Shown: positions 22,164 through 35,362 of the stretch, piece by piece | Layout of the letters: each line of letters starts with the position of its first letter | How positions within the stretch are numbered: the stretch's first letter is position 1 | Assembly (NCBI GenBank): GCA_021613535.1 | Contig: CP075492.1 | Span: 14,632,001 to 14,696,000 of the forward strand | Length of the DNA: 64,000 nt | Reading direction: 5' to 3' | Source: Adineta vaga | Lineage: Eukaryota > Animalia > Rotifera | Notes under the pieces: model-generated | Told to the model about the DNA's origin: nothing | Database searches by the model: none | Seen by the model: only the letters and a program-made list of their open reading frames with translations | Position numbers and translations under genes: made by a program

Positions 22164-24577
22164 ATGGCTTTAGACAATATGGTAGACATTCGAGAGCAAT
22201 GCACTTTTCTTCTCAGTGCAACACGTAATTCTACTGTGAAGGAACAACTACCTTTATTTTTGGATAATGTGCTCAAATGTTTGAAAAAAATTCCTTCTAT
22301 ATGGGCAAAGCCCGATGTTATCGTCGAAATAACAAAGGCATTGTTAGCAGTTGATAGGGTACCATGGTTTCTACAACCTCAAGTGCTTCAACACCAGCTC
22401 TTCATTATTCTACGTGATTACTTGGTAGAAGTTTTATTCGATGACAAACAAGCAGAAATGGTAACGAACTTATCCGCTCTATTCCACAAAATTTGTGAAA
22501 ATGATCCGATAAAAGATGAAATGATCAGCTTAATGTTGTACAAACCTCTTATTGACAAGATGAATGTTTTTATTACTGAATTTGATCAAAAACATGGTAC
22601 AACGAAGCAAATTGAATGCATGTGTATTTTACTCCATATATTTAAACGTATCCAAATGATACATATCAATCTTTATCAACATCCACTTTTAGAAATTCTA
22701 TTTCTCACCGTCTCTAAATTGATTAATTCAAAATTTTTGATCGCTCAACTTTTTAATACACGAAATCTTATGATGAATCTCGATCCAATACAAACATTTC
22801 TATTTGATACTTGTATCGAATTCATGTACTGGCAACCTTATGAAGAAAGTTTATTGCGAAGACAAAATTTAAAACAAATTTGTGAAACACATATTTCTAC
22901 CATAGTACGAATGATGTCTTCATTATCCTTCTCAGAACCTGTTATTCGTATGGCTTCATTACTTAGTATTTATATTATGGTTCAAGAAAATGATAATGAT
23001 GAAAAAATTCTTCATCAAGATTATTATGATCTTCTAAAGTACTGTGTAGCAATGCTTGACAATGGAAAGATTCACTCAAAAGAAAGACTTCTTTTGGAAT
23101 GTATTTGTCATCTTAGCAATCATCCTGATTTACTGATTTTATTAAAAGAAAATGAATCATTGAAAACTTTATTATTGACATTGAGTGAAGTAGATGATAG
23201 TGGTATATCATTTAGTTCCTATCGTATTTTAGCATTAATTATGTGCGAAGATGATATTAAAACACTGAAGAATGCTAACAAAATTGTCGGAGTATTCTAT
23301 CTCTATTTGATTAGTATGTTGGATGATCCAGTTCAAAGAACAGCTTTTCTCAATCTTCTGTACAGTTTAAAAAGTAATTCATATGAATATAATCAGAATA
23401 GTAAACAGATAATAATTGTATTCATTTCTAGGTTTAATACAACACGATCAAGTCAAAGTAGAAATCGTGCAGCAAGATATGATTTCTCCACTCATTCAAT
23501 GTGTCACCGTCAAACAAAAGTTTCATTCGATTAAAATACAACAGTATGCTATCGAAATTCTAATAGCACTTTCATTCAACGATGATGCCATGCATATTCT
23601 TGAGCAAGATCACGATCTCATCGAATGTCTAACAACACTGAAGAGTTCCGACGAAGAATTAGTTCAACGAGCAGCAACTCATTTGATATGGCGATTCGAA
23701 CAAAAACGTCGTGTTTCGCATCCCAAAGTATTTCAATCGATCTCAAAATCAAAATTTGATATTATGATTAGTTATTCACACAGTGATAAACAACTGTGTT
23801 TTCAAGTTTGTGATTTTCTTGAAAGAAGTGGCTTTCGTGTATGGCTTGATCGTGATCGAATGCATGGAGATGCAATTGTAGCCATGGCTGATGCAATTGA
23901 AAGTTCCGAATTTATCATTATTTGCATGTCAGAAACTTACAAATTAAGTCCTTATTGTCAAGCTGAGGCAAACTATGCATTTCAACGACAATGTAAACTA
24001 GTACCACTTATTATGAAGTCAAAATATAAACCTGATGGTTGGCTAGGATTCATAACAAGTGGAAAGATTTATGTAGATTTTGCCAAACATGAATTCACTG
24101 TAGCTTGTTCAATGCTGACAAAAGAAATCGAAAGTAAACGTGAACTTACAACACATAGAGAAAAATCGCCCATCATCGTTCACGAATCAATAACAACTAG
24201 TACTTCTCCGATGAAAATCAATCAGCAACACATACGGATGTAAGTGCGGATATTGAGTACATCTATCTATTAATATGATTTAATTTAAGAGATTTGCCAC
24301 ATTCCGTTGACAAATGGTCTACTGATCACGTGCAGTCTTTCCTTATTAAGAACGAGTTGACTTCATTTTCGACCATATTGACTAATTTTAATGGTGATTT
24401 CTTGCATCAAACTTATTTAATGTGTGAAAAAAGTCGAGAATCAATGTTTCAAGCAATGCGACAAGAAGTTAGTGCAAATGGTAATTCATCGATCTTGACA
24501 TTGGGTACTTACTACGCTTCCTTCAAGAATTAAAAAAATATATTCCAATCGACACGAAAAAATCTTCGAAACTTTAA
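22164..24577 (+). CDS. ARM-like helical region + TIR domain + SAM-like domain protein
   Basis: Introns 23374-23431 and 24240-24289. TIR motifs FDIMISYS, GFRVWLD, MADAIE, SPYCQAEANYA, GWLG; SAM-like DKWSTDHVQSFL. An apparent 1-bp deletion near 24511 alters the last helix. Confidence 0.88.
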
Positions 24578-25228
24578 AAATCAGTATTCTGAGGCATTAT
24601 GTATATGTCGTTTTGCGCTTATGATCTCTTGAATAAATACATGCTCGAGGGTGGTTAAGAATAAAGATATCTCTGCTTTTCAGCCATCCACATTCACATC
24701 TACGAGATGCTTGTGTATGCCGCAAAAAATAGAATACGAAGCAAGTACATGAATGAACGAATATTTCTCATTCAGGGTTTCTTTTTTATCATTTCTTGTG
24801 TTGATTTCTCGATGTCTTCTTATACTATATAACTATATCTTTCTCCTATCAAAGGATAACATAGTTCCATTTGGTAGCGTTGAACTAATCAGATATACAA
24901 TTGGTACACTTCATTGTTTGTTCGTTACCATATTTTGTTTATTTTACCCTAAGTGGTATATTTCTTATTTATTTAAAAGATGAACGATATCATGAACTTT
25001 TATCTCGTATATTCTCATGTTTTGGACATTCAAATTCAGCAGTAGATGTTCTTGTATGTAATTCTACTTTTTTTTCGATTTTTCCCATGCCGTTAATTGA
25101 CATGTGCAACATCGAAGTAACTAGCCTTTTAAGTTATCATTTTTTGATATAAAAATTAGATTTATTTATTTTGCAAGAACATTGTTATAAGAAAAGAAAA
25201 ATTCTATTCATTCATTAATTATCTATCT

Positions 25229-25877
25229 TTAACATTTGATTGAATATAGAAGGACATGTAAACGTGGTTCTTGTGTTGAAGAAAACCATAAATAATCACG
25301 ATAGATACTGGATGACAATGATGATATACCATAATCTTGTCCAACAACAACATTGTATTTACCAAATCTTGTACTTGAAAATTCATTAGCAATATATTGT
25401 GCAATTTGACTACGTGTACCTTTAAATACGAATATAGAAAGGATTAATTAAGTATATCTCTTATATCAACTTGTGATACTTACCAATTTTATATCCAAAT
25501 CGTTTTACAGCATCTATCATTAATTTTACAGCTAATTCTTGATCTTTATTATTCATATTCGTTTGACGAATACGAATATATGATGGTAAGAAACTGTTAC
25601 TGTGAAGTGAAGAACTTGAACCACTCTTAATACTATTGAAACTATGTGATGAGTCAGAATTGAACATAGATGATGGTGATGAAGATCGTGGAGAATTATG
25701 ACTACCAAAGACAAGTGCAGAAAGTGCTGAACTTGGTGATGTTGTTGAAGGCAATGGAGCCATTGTTGTTGTTGTTGTTGATGTCTTTGATTTACCAAAG
25801 AGAAATCCATGAGATAATGTTGATGATTGAAGAAGAATAGCAGCAACAAAAATAGATAAGATAGATGATGACATCAT
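25229..25877 (-). CDS. Secreted Ser/Thr-rich protein with C-terminal dynein light chain (LC8)-like domain
   Basis: Intron 25420-25483. Spliced C-terminus: IRIRQTNMNNKDQELAVKLMIDAVKRFGYKIGTRSQIAQYIANEFSSTRFGKYNVVVGQDYG…YLWF…LHVLLYSIKC. The N-terminus MMSSSILSIFVAAILLQSSTLSHG looks like a signal peptide. Confidence 0.75.
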
Positions 25878-27645
25878 GATAAATATTAATAGAATTAAAT
25901 TACCTAAAATGAAGAGAAAAGACTCGATAATTTTTTATGATTATATTTCAAAATATAAATATAAGAATTTACTTACAATAAATAGTCTTATTGCTTGTAT
26001 TTGTATGTTAGGTTATAAAGTGTATTTAAATGAATGAATGAATAAATGATAAAAAGAAACACAGTTTATATACTGTCTAACTTTCTAGTATCATATAGTA
26101 CAGATGAATACATAAACAATGTCTAGATTAAATGACTATTATCCTTTCTGTTATTGTTATACGAATAGATTTAATACATTCTAGACGTAAAGAAAAGAAA
26201 ATAAAGTCATCTCGTTCATTATGATATGTTCTAGGTCTTTTATCGCTATAGATAGAAAGAATGAATCGAGGGTATTCGAATGAAATGTATACAATAACTA
26301 CAGATAAATAACAGTATAAAAACAGTGTTTAACCATCATGTAGAATTTATTGTCTTTGCACCTTGTTTTCTCTTAAGTATATACGGTTGAAAACTAGGAT
26401 TGTCATGAAAAACGTTATTGATTTTCATAGAGATTGATCTCTTTTATATATGATCTGTTGACAAGTTTTCATAAAACAATCTTCCAATATATAAATACAT
26501 GATTATTAATATACGTTTGAATGTGTATTTAATTTATAATTCTGTTGAAGAGATTTTCTATTGGAAACTATAACATACGAACGGGGAAAGAAGAATAAGA
26601 GAGTGTTTATTGCAGACAAGTAAAATAAAACTATATCTTATGAAGGAATTTAAATCATACGTCGAGCAAGAATTCTTATGACATACATGAAATTGAGAAA
26701 TATATTGTAGAACTCTATTTGATTGATATGACAGGAGTATGATGTTGTTAACGTATTATATACAAAGGAATATATAAAAGACTTAGTATTTTCATTTTCT
26801 TTCTTTCTTTTTATCAGTTAATCTTATCAGCAGTCTGACAGGTAAGAATATTATATTTTTAGCTTCAAGTTTAAATCATTCGAAGCAGAATCTATCCGAA
26901 AATTAGTTCTGTCGACTTCTTCGAAAACAAAACTGATTACTCACAACGATTTGAATAGTCCAGTGTTTTATAAGTGAAGATCTTCTCTCTTCTTCTTGAA
27001 CGGATGTCAATTTTCGTCAAAGATATCTGAAGATCGTTCAGAAGTTCTATATTTTCTTCTTGGTATTTCTCCTTATCCAAAACGAATATTAATGAATTCT
27101 CTAATTAGCTCTTTAAATATCGAAAAATAATCTATCATGTTCTTTTTTTCATAAATATCACATCTGACTGCAAATATTTATTTGTTCTTCTTCTGGGAAA
27201 AAGAGATTTGAATGAAAATATGCTTTAGATATATCAATATTATTTAAAATGCAAAGTGGATCATGGATTTTACTACTCGTATTTTTACATGATGCTACAG
27301 ATATGAACTTTTTAATATGACATAAAAATCCTCACTACTGTTTTCATGTTACATGCATCATCATGATACTATCAAAAGAAAAAGTCCACGTAGTGTGGTA
27401 CATCAGATTTACCAATGAAGTTCATATAGTTGCGAACACCAATGATTGCTTATGTTTTTCTTAATTTCCTAAGGACAGTATTCATTTTCAGGAAAATATA
27501 AGTGCAGCATAAGCTTGTTTATTTTATCAGTCTTTGGATAGGTTTTCTGAAAATATTCATCACTCGTTTTTGACTCATACGTCTCCAGTTAATCTGAATA
27601 CTTCTTTTCTAAGTTGATTACTTAGCGTACCTAATTTTTTTGTAG

Positions 27646-29097
27646 CTCTTTGGTATAACCGACCAAAGTTTAGTACGTGTGCATCATGGAAACCAAACGG
27701 CATAACTTTCGCAAATGAAACTATGCTTGGTGGATTTCCTCATGGACTTTTTGTCGACACAAACAACACTATCTATGCAGGTAGCTGCTACAATAATATG
27801 ATTAAAGTATGGGCCAATGGTAGTTTAACTTTATTGAGAACTATTACAAATGGTTTATTTAGACCCTTCAGTCTCTTTGTATCGATGGGTGGTGATATCT
27901 ATATCGATAATGGCTTTTCGAATGGTTCGAGTTGACAAGTGGACATTGAATGCAACTAATGGTGTAAGTGTCATGAATATCAGTGAAGCTTGTCATGGTC
28001 TTTTTATTGACACCAACAATTCCCTTTATTGTTCTTTGGAAAATTTAAATATGATAGTCAAGGTTGATCTGAACAAGAATTCCACGACACCAACCAGAAT
28101 TGCTGGTAATGGTACCGCTGGATCAACATCATCACTGCTTAGTGCTCCGTGGAGAATTTTTGTTGACATAGACTTCACTTTGTATGTGGCAGATTCTAAG
28201 AATAATCGCATTCAACGTTTCGATCTTGATGCATGGAATGCAATAACTGTAGCAGGAAATAGAGCACCTAACACTATCTCACTGAATTGTCCAACTGGAA
28301 TCATACTAGATGGTAACGGATTTTTATTTATTATGGATACTGATAACTATCGTATTGTTGCATCGAGTTCTGATGGATTTCGATGTGTAGTTGGATGTTC
28401 ACAGGTTGGTGGATCAGCACCGAATCAATTGTATCATGCTCGTTACATGGCATTTGATACGTATGGTAATATGTTTGTAGCTGACGATGACAATCATAGA
28501 ATTCAAAAGTTTGTTCTTGCATCAAATTCTTGTGGTACGTCCATTATTCATAGTAGATTGAAATTAAATTTTACGTCGCCTTATGTTAAATAATACGAAA
28601 CAGGATGATCATAGTTGTTAGTTGAAATTTACTTCAATGAAGAATGTATCTCCAAAATAATGCTAGTATTGTTTCTAAGCTTCTTTATTTCGATTTTGTT
28701 CGAAACCGAAGCTTGATTATTATAGTTACGTAATAGTACATATGAAAAGATGATTTGTTCTATCTGTTCTATAGTCGAAACAATGAGCACAGTGGCTTCT
28801 ACTCGAGTGATTACAACTACCAATGTTGTATACACCTCTATGTCAAATAATTCGAGTTTTTCTCATCGCAGTAAATATTTATTTCAAACTTCAGTTTAAA
28901 CGTATATTTTCTTTTTAGTACAAATAACAACAATCAACAAGATATCGAATCAAACGACTAGTGTTGATGATCGTCTATCCACCACCAGTATGTTCAGTAC
29001 TACGATAGGTGGTACACGTAGTGCAATGGGAACCAATATGCTGAATTTAATATATTATCATCTCTTTCTTCTTTCTTTCCTAGCCTTCGTCTTTTAA
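27646..29097 (+). pseudogene. NHL-repeat surface protein with Ser/Thr stalk and hydrophobic C-terminus, frameshifted
   Basis: The exon starts after TTTTGTAG (LWYNRPKFSTCASWKPNGITFA). An extra T at about 27926 breaks NGRVDKW. NHL motifs LYVADSKNNRIQRF and MFVADDDNHRIQKF. Two further in-frame exons end …YHLFLLSFLAFVF*. The first exon was not identified. Confidence 0.75.
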
Positions 29098-29810
29098 TAA
29101 TAGCTAGTAAAAGTTTCTATAATCACTCTCTTTTATTGTATACTTATACTCACCACTCGTTACTTTTCTTGCTTCTGTCTTATTGATATTTTCTTCATGC
29201 TTAATATTTACTCACACCCTATCTAAAATTAAAATAATCGAACGATTCAGACTATAATTTATTTTATAACTTTGTTCGCATATGTAATTAATACTTGAGG
29301 ATAGTGTGAAAGGTAAGAGAACACACTCACGAACATATACCCTCAAGATGCAGTATATTTCAAGAAGCAAATCTTAAGTGATATATTCTATCATTAGAAC
29401 CATAACTTTGTATTTCGCTAAGAATTAGCAAAAAGATCTTTATTCTTCGTAAAATAAAGGATGTGGACGAAGATAATTAGTTTTTTGATAGACGGTATTT
29501 ATTTAAACAATATTTACATAATTTATCATATGGTTTGATTTCCTTTTTTGATAAACAATATTCGTGAATATTTTCGATATCACATCAGCATTAGCAAAAT
29601 AGTTTTTATTTTTCTTTAATTTTCATAATATTGATAAATCAGGTTTGTCGTGGGTTGTTGTTTTTTTAAAATTAGAATAAGATTGGAGGGGGCTAGATAT
29701 TCACCTTTTTTTCAGATAAAGAAAGTTAGACTACTAATTTTTTCTTTGATCATGAGTCTGACTGATTTTAGTCAAAGAATGGAGTTGAGTCAATTCAAGT
29801 GAACTTACAG

Positions 29811-29960
29811 AGGTTCCAGTATTAGAATGTTAGAAAGATTATTTGACATGAGTTCGATTAATAGGCTTAGCTTGAAATTCTATGATCATAGATTTCAAGC
29901 TAAGCACTTCACCAATCGAACCATGTCAAAATACTCGTTCTAACATTTCTAATAAAACCT
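29811..29960. repeat. Long imperfect palindrome (foldback or MITE-like)
   Basis: Centre CTATGA|TCATAG at 29885/29886. Arms ATTAGAATGTTAGAA…TTTGACATG…TTCGATT…GCTTAGCTTGAAAT and ATTTCAAGCTAAGC…AATCGAA…CATGTCAAA…TTCTAACATTTCTAAT. Confidence 0.9.
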
Positions 29961-31305
29961 ATGAGAGACTTACAAAATTAAGTTCCAGTTCTTGAGGCTT
30001 GGTCTTGTAGAACTATTTTGAGACTCAATGCCTTGTTCTAAAAATTATTTAAAGCCAGTTTCTTATTTAGTTTTGCATGATCTATCAGAAAAGTTAAGTT
30101 AAAAGATTCTAGCTTGTAACACATCTGAGGAAAAGAGACATTTTTAAAAAGTTGCGAAGTTATCTGTTTTCGACACCTTCCGAGTTTTTTCAGTATTTCA
30201 CCTGGAAAAAAGTTTTAAAAAACGCAGAGCACACATTTTCTTGATTTACGTAAAATTCTCTATTGAATGGTGTATGAAAATTAAAAGAAAAACCTTTTTT
30301 ACTTTATTTTTTCTTTGCGTACACCTTATAAGACTTACGTTAGAGAGAGAGAGATATTTCATAAAATGCAGATATAGAACTTTAGTGAAAATCTGTTATA
30401 TAAGATGCATTCTATTCAAAATTATTATTTTTGAGTTTAAAATTGTGACGATTTTTGATAGAAGAAGCTACAGGGCTCATGAAGCTACGCTTTTCTTCAT
30501 TTCTTCATATCCTACATCGCATATTGCTCTTATATAAAACAATGACGTATACGCTCTTCCGAAGGCGAGAAGGACAAACGATTATAAGAATAGAATACAA
30601 AGTACTGACAAAATGCAAAGTAAGGACACCAAAAAAAAGGATATAACGCTTTTCACAAATTTCGTCACAAAAATAGTTTCCTTTATTACATTTTTATTAT
30701 ATCCTTGAAGATATTCTTCGTTTTTTCTTATAAATTGGAATCGCTCTAAGCAAAATTAACTATTCGACTCCTTGTACTTTTTTCTTAAAATAAATTTAAT
30801 GTGCTTTTATTCTTAATATTAAACTGTTCTTTAATATGAGTTTCTAGTACAAAATATAATGTTGATGTTCACATATATTCTATTGAATGCAAGCATTTTA
30901 TATTATAAAAGATATCGTTTTTTGAATCATCTGCGGATAGCGCCGTGAATCTTTTCCCCACTATATGCATGTTTTTCATATTGCGATGATCTAGAAAATG
31001 GAACATCAGAAAATGATAGACGCGGCTTTTGTTGAAATAGCTGATATCTTGTTGATATAGTATATGTCTGTTAGTAAATGACAATACAAAGAAACTTATT
31101 AACATTCTTCATCTTCATTTTCATCGTATTCCATACTCGAGTGAAACTCTAATACCATCTAGTTTCATCTTTCTCATAATGTCACGAAATTATATCAGAA
31201 TAAATGCTCTCGCTTCAGATTGTAGTTAATAGAAATTGTTTTTTTCATTAGACATTAAATTTTATTCTGAACACATAGATTAAAAAGCAAACTATTAGAA
31301 CTTCT

Positions 31306-32331
31306 ATGTCCACTATTAATATTCTTATCGATCAAATCAATGACGCAGCGTCAATATGTTTTCTCACAATATCTATTGTGAATTTTATCTTAGGTTCCAT
31401 TGGACTTCTCTTAAATATCTATGTTTTTTCTCGATCAATTCTTCGTCGTGAACCTTGTGCAATGTATTTTCTTTCATCGACAATTTACAATTTATTTGTT
31501 GTATTTATTGTTATGCCTGTTCGTGTCCTTTCCAATGCATATAATATATCAGCATCCAATTATAATCTTGGTTTATGTAAATTTGAATACTTTATCTTCT
31601 ATGCTACACGTGCCACATCAATTTGGTTAATTGTTTTAGCATGTCTTGATCGTTATTTACATAGTTCATCATATCCACATATTCGTCGATTGAGTTCAAT
31701 GAAAACGGTCAAATTATCAATTACAATTATTGGAATAATAGTGCCAATTTTATATAGTCATATGGTTATTTATTATGAAATATACTATGTATTAGATCCA
31801 TATGGTAGTATAACACCTTCTTGTCGAAGTCAAAAAGGTCTTTATAGTACATTCTTTGGATTTTCACATATGGTTGTGTATTCACTTTGTCCATCATTTT
31901 TAATGTTAGTTTTTGGCTGTTTAACATTGAGAAATATACGTCAACAACGTCGAATGACTCGACAATTAAATGAAAATATAAGAATTCGCCGAAGAGATAC
32001 TCAAATGTTACGAATGTTAACTGCTCAAGTAGTTGTAATTATTATTGCAACATTACCATTTTCAATTCATCAACTTTATATATCATTTACAAATACATTA
32101 GTTAAGAGTACACTTCGAATTGCTCAAGAAAATTTATCTGCACGAATTACTGGTATCATGACATATTTTGCACATTCAACTAGTTTCTATTTGTACACAT
32201 TAACTGGAACTATTTTTCGAAAAGAAGTTAGCAAGTTTATTCGAATCTGTTGGCAATCCAATGAAAATCGTATACATACAATTGACAATGAACGACAACA
32301 AGTAGATGTATTACAAAATAATAATGTGTAA
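31306..32331 (+). CDS. Orphan class A GPCR, intronless
   Basis: LRREPCAMYFL, LACLDRY, FYLYTLTGTIFRKE; same subfamily as 16292-17356. Confidence 0.88.
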   Translation: MSTINILIDQINDAASICFLTISIVNFILGSIGLLLNIYVFSRSILRREPCAMYFLSSTIYNLFVVFIVMPVRVLSNAYNISASNYNLGLCKFEYFIFYATRATSIWLIVLACLDRYLHSSSYPHIRRLSSMKTVKLSITIIGIIVPILYSHMVIYYEIYYVLDPYGSITPSCRSQKGLYSTFFGFSHMVVYSLCPSFLMLVFGCLTLRNIRQQRRMTRQLNENIRIRRRDTQMLRMLTAQVVVIIIATLPFSIHQLYISFTNTLVKSTLRIAQENLSARITGIMTYFAHSTSFYLYTLTGTIFRKEVSKFIRICWQSNENRIHTIDNERQQVDVLQNNNV

Positions 32332-33773
32332 ACCATTATTATTCAAAATATTTAATAACACTAATAACCAATAAAGATGACGCACGTACTTGGTTTTTTT
32401 CTGAAAATTAATATAAACTCCTCCCTAGATTAAAAGACTCGAGGTCTTCTAATGTGATATTCGATAGAAAAAAGAACTAAATACTTCGAAATTTCTTCAA
32501 TTTATTAATTTTCATCAAAACAAAAACAAAATTGTAGAAATATATATAAATATAAAATAAATGCGAAAACGTCGGATTTTATCCGAAAGTTATGTGTACT
32601 GCAAAAAGTGTATAGGGTAGAAGATATAGAAAAATATCGATGTTTTTCTAAGAACTCGGCAATGGCTCGTTCAACCAGGCTCATCTTTGAACTTCACCGA
32701 GATATTGATGTGACAATACTTGATAGAAAATCTCATCATAATTGGAAACAACTTTAATAGAATCATTATCGTCACCGGAATCATTTGTTGAATTATCTGA
32801 ATTGAGATAGTTCACCAAAGACATTTATTTTAATCTATCTGTTCGAAATGCGTCGTTTATACAGTCGTTCTTCTACCAATAGAGACAACGAAAGAATTAT
32901 TGTCTACTTTTCTTTCTTTTCTGTTAGATATACAAACAATTTGATTATAGGCACTTGTTTTACAGTCCAAGTAATCCATATATGTAAGGATAAAAAAGAA
33001 AAAGAACTCTCTCGACTGATCAAAAGTTCGCTGTATATACTTTGTATCACGTACGAATGAAAGAGAAGAATATTTCAGTGAATTTATTCATAGTATTCGT
33101 CGAAATGATTTTATAAAAGGGGTCTTCTAATACAGCTTTTAAACTTATTGTCGAAAAGGGTCTTTTAATTTGAGGAGGGGTTTATGGCAATTTTAGATAT
33201 AAGCAGTGGTAGGAACATTGATACAACTAGGCTTTGCTTTACTTCTTCTTCATGTCATATATCGTATTATTTTTATGAAAAGTCTAGGTTTATGCACTCG
33301 TCGATAAGAGAAGAACGAAAGATCGTAAAAGAGAAAGATTATAAAGACAACATAAACTGCGAGAACAATGTAATCAAATAGAAAAGGTAGCAAAGGTAAA
33401 AGGTTAAAAACAATAGATAATATAGAAAGAAGTAAAAGTAGGACAAATATCATTACAATATGCTTCAATTCTATCTATAGTAAGTTGTACATATAACAAA
33501 TGTGGATAGGAATGAGGGTAAAGGATGGATGCATATCCACACCACTTTAATATCAGTAAAGCTACTAAAGTTGAAGATATTATTTTTGTAAACAATTAAA
33601 CGTATTCTATTCGATGATATTTAAACTATACACTTGTTTCGCGATGCGCACCATGTCGTACTTTAGTTACGCATGTGCCGTACTTTTTCTTTTTCTTTAC
33701 GTAATAGATTTTGTCGTCGGTAGAGAAAGTATATAAAGGCCTTGTTTTCTTTTTCTTTCTGATCATTATTAAC

Positions 33774-34746
33774 ATGTCGTCAAGTAAAGAACGTGTGTTT
33801 GTCACTGGAGCAAGTGGAGGCATTGGTAGTGGTGTCGTTCGTGGTCTTGTTAAAAAAGGAATTGATACAACTGCATACGTAAGAAGCGAAGAAAAAGCAA
33901 AAGAACTATTCAAAGATGAGCTTAAGAGTGGTCACTTGAAGATTGCCGTTGGTACTTATTCAACTGTTGACGACTTTAAAGAAGCGATTCAAGGACATAC
34001 ACGTCTTTTTCTGCTATTTGCTGCTGTTCATAGTAAACCAGCCGATATGAGTGAAGTCAAAGGAACTCTTGCAAAGATCGCTTTCGAACAAGGTGTTCAA
34101 CAAATTGTTGATCTCTCTTCGGCTTTTGTTAGTACTTATGGTAGAAAAGGTATCATTGGATACATGCATACGACAGCGGAAGAAAAACTTTGGACACTAG
34201 CAGATGAAAATCCTAACCAACGTTCTCTTGTTGTACTTCGTCCCGGATCGTTCACGAATAATCATCTTATGGCTGATGTTCATCATATAAAACATTCGAA
34301 CAAACTTGTTTCATGTGGATCGCCTTCATCAGTTACGACTTGGATTGATACAAGAGGTAAGACAAAACTAATGACTACTTTTAATGCATAGTTCTTTTTT
34401 GTTTGTAGATATTGCTGATTGTGCCGTAGCCGTTCTAAGTGAATCCATAGAAAAACATGATCGTAATATTTATGAACTTGGTGCCGAAGCTTTGAGTAAT
34501 GAACAACGAGCAGCTATTTTCACAAAAGTCCTTGGTAAACCGATTAATTATGAACAACAATCATTTCAAGACTTCTACAAGGCAATGACTGGTTTAGGCA
34601 TGCCACATTCGATCGTTTATAATTTTACATTAATTGCTTCGAAAGATATTTGTGATTCTACAACTCCACAAATAGCCATTATCATCGGTCGACCATTGCA
34701 CACACTTGAAGAATGGATAACTGACAATATCAAAGAATTTCAATAA
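33774..34746 (+). CDS. NmrA-like/atypical SDR NAD(P)H-binding protein
   Basis: Intron 34357-34408. VFVTGASGGIG, LRPGSF, WIDTRDIADCA, GRPLHTLEEW. Confidence 0.9.
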
Positions 34747-35298
34747 AGAATTTTATGTCACAGTATTCCGTTTGTTTCAATGAAAAAAAAGGAGTGTAGA
34801 TGAGAGTTTGCACAGACAGAAGTTATCTAATATATAATGGAGTCTTTAATTGTTTGAAAGTTTATATTATTTATGTATTTTCGTTCTTGAGAAACTATGT
34901 TTAAGAGTCGTCATACTATCCATCGAGAAATGGACACTATAGTCAGATTTAAATAAATTCTAGTTTGATAAAAGTTTTCTTGAATAATGTTATGTATCTT
35001 TGAGGTAACGTTAAACAAGTAGATTGCCAAGTCAATTCTCAACATTGTGTAAATGGAAGAAAGTATCATTATGAGTTGATGTCAATTGATGTTGATGAAA
35101 TGTTTTCCTTGTAAGGTTATGATCACCGAAGTATTATTCCTGATACTGATCTTCTACACCAACAACAATATCATACGAAAGACAAATATGGAATATGACA
35201 CGGTTTTTTACTTCATAAATCTTCTGAAAAACATTACGAACGATGTATGATACTTTACATTCATAAATTCTATAAAAATGTCACCATTTGTTGTTTTA

Positions 35299-35362
35299 CT
35301 CCTGTCAAATGCAAATGATGAAGTCTATCATGCCTGCTGCTTCAAAGTCGATTTGACAGGAG
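35299..35362. mobile_element. 64-bp element with terminal inverted repeats and TA flanks (mini-MITE or hairpin)
   Basis: TA|CTCCTGTCAAAT…ATTTGACAGGAG|TA. The perfect inverted repeat is 16 bp including flanks (35295-35310 / 35351-35366). Confidence 0.55.

Noticed and set aside
30241-31105. Several short ORFs in the intergenic interval
   Set aside because: Rich in F, I, K and L as expected from random AT-rich DNA, with no motifs or splice logic.
33184-33600. Hydrophobic ORF fragments that might be a decayed membrane-protein gene
   Set aside because: Multiple stops and no identifiable family.
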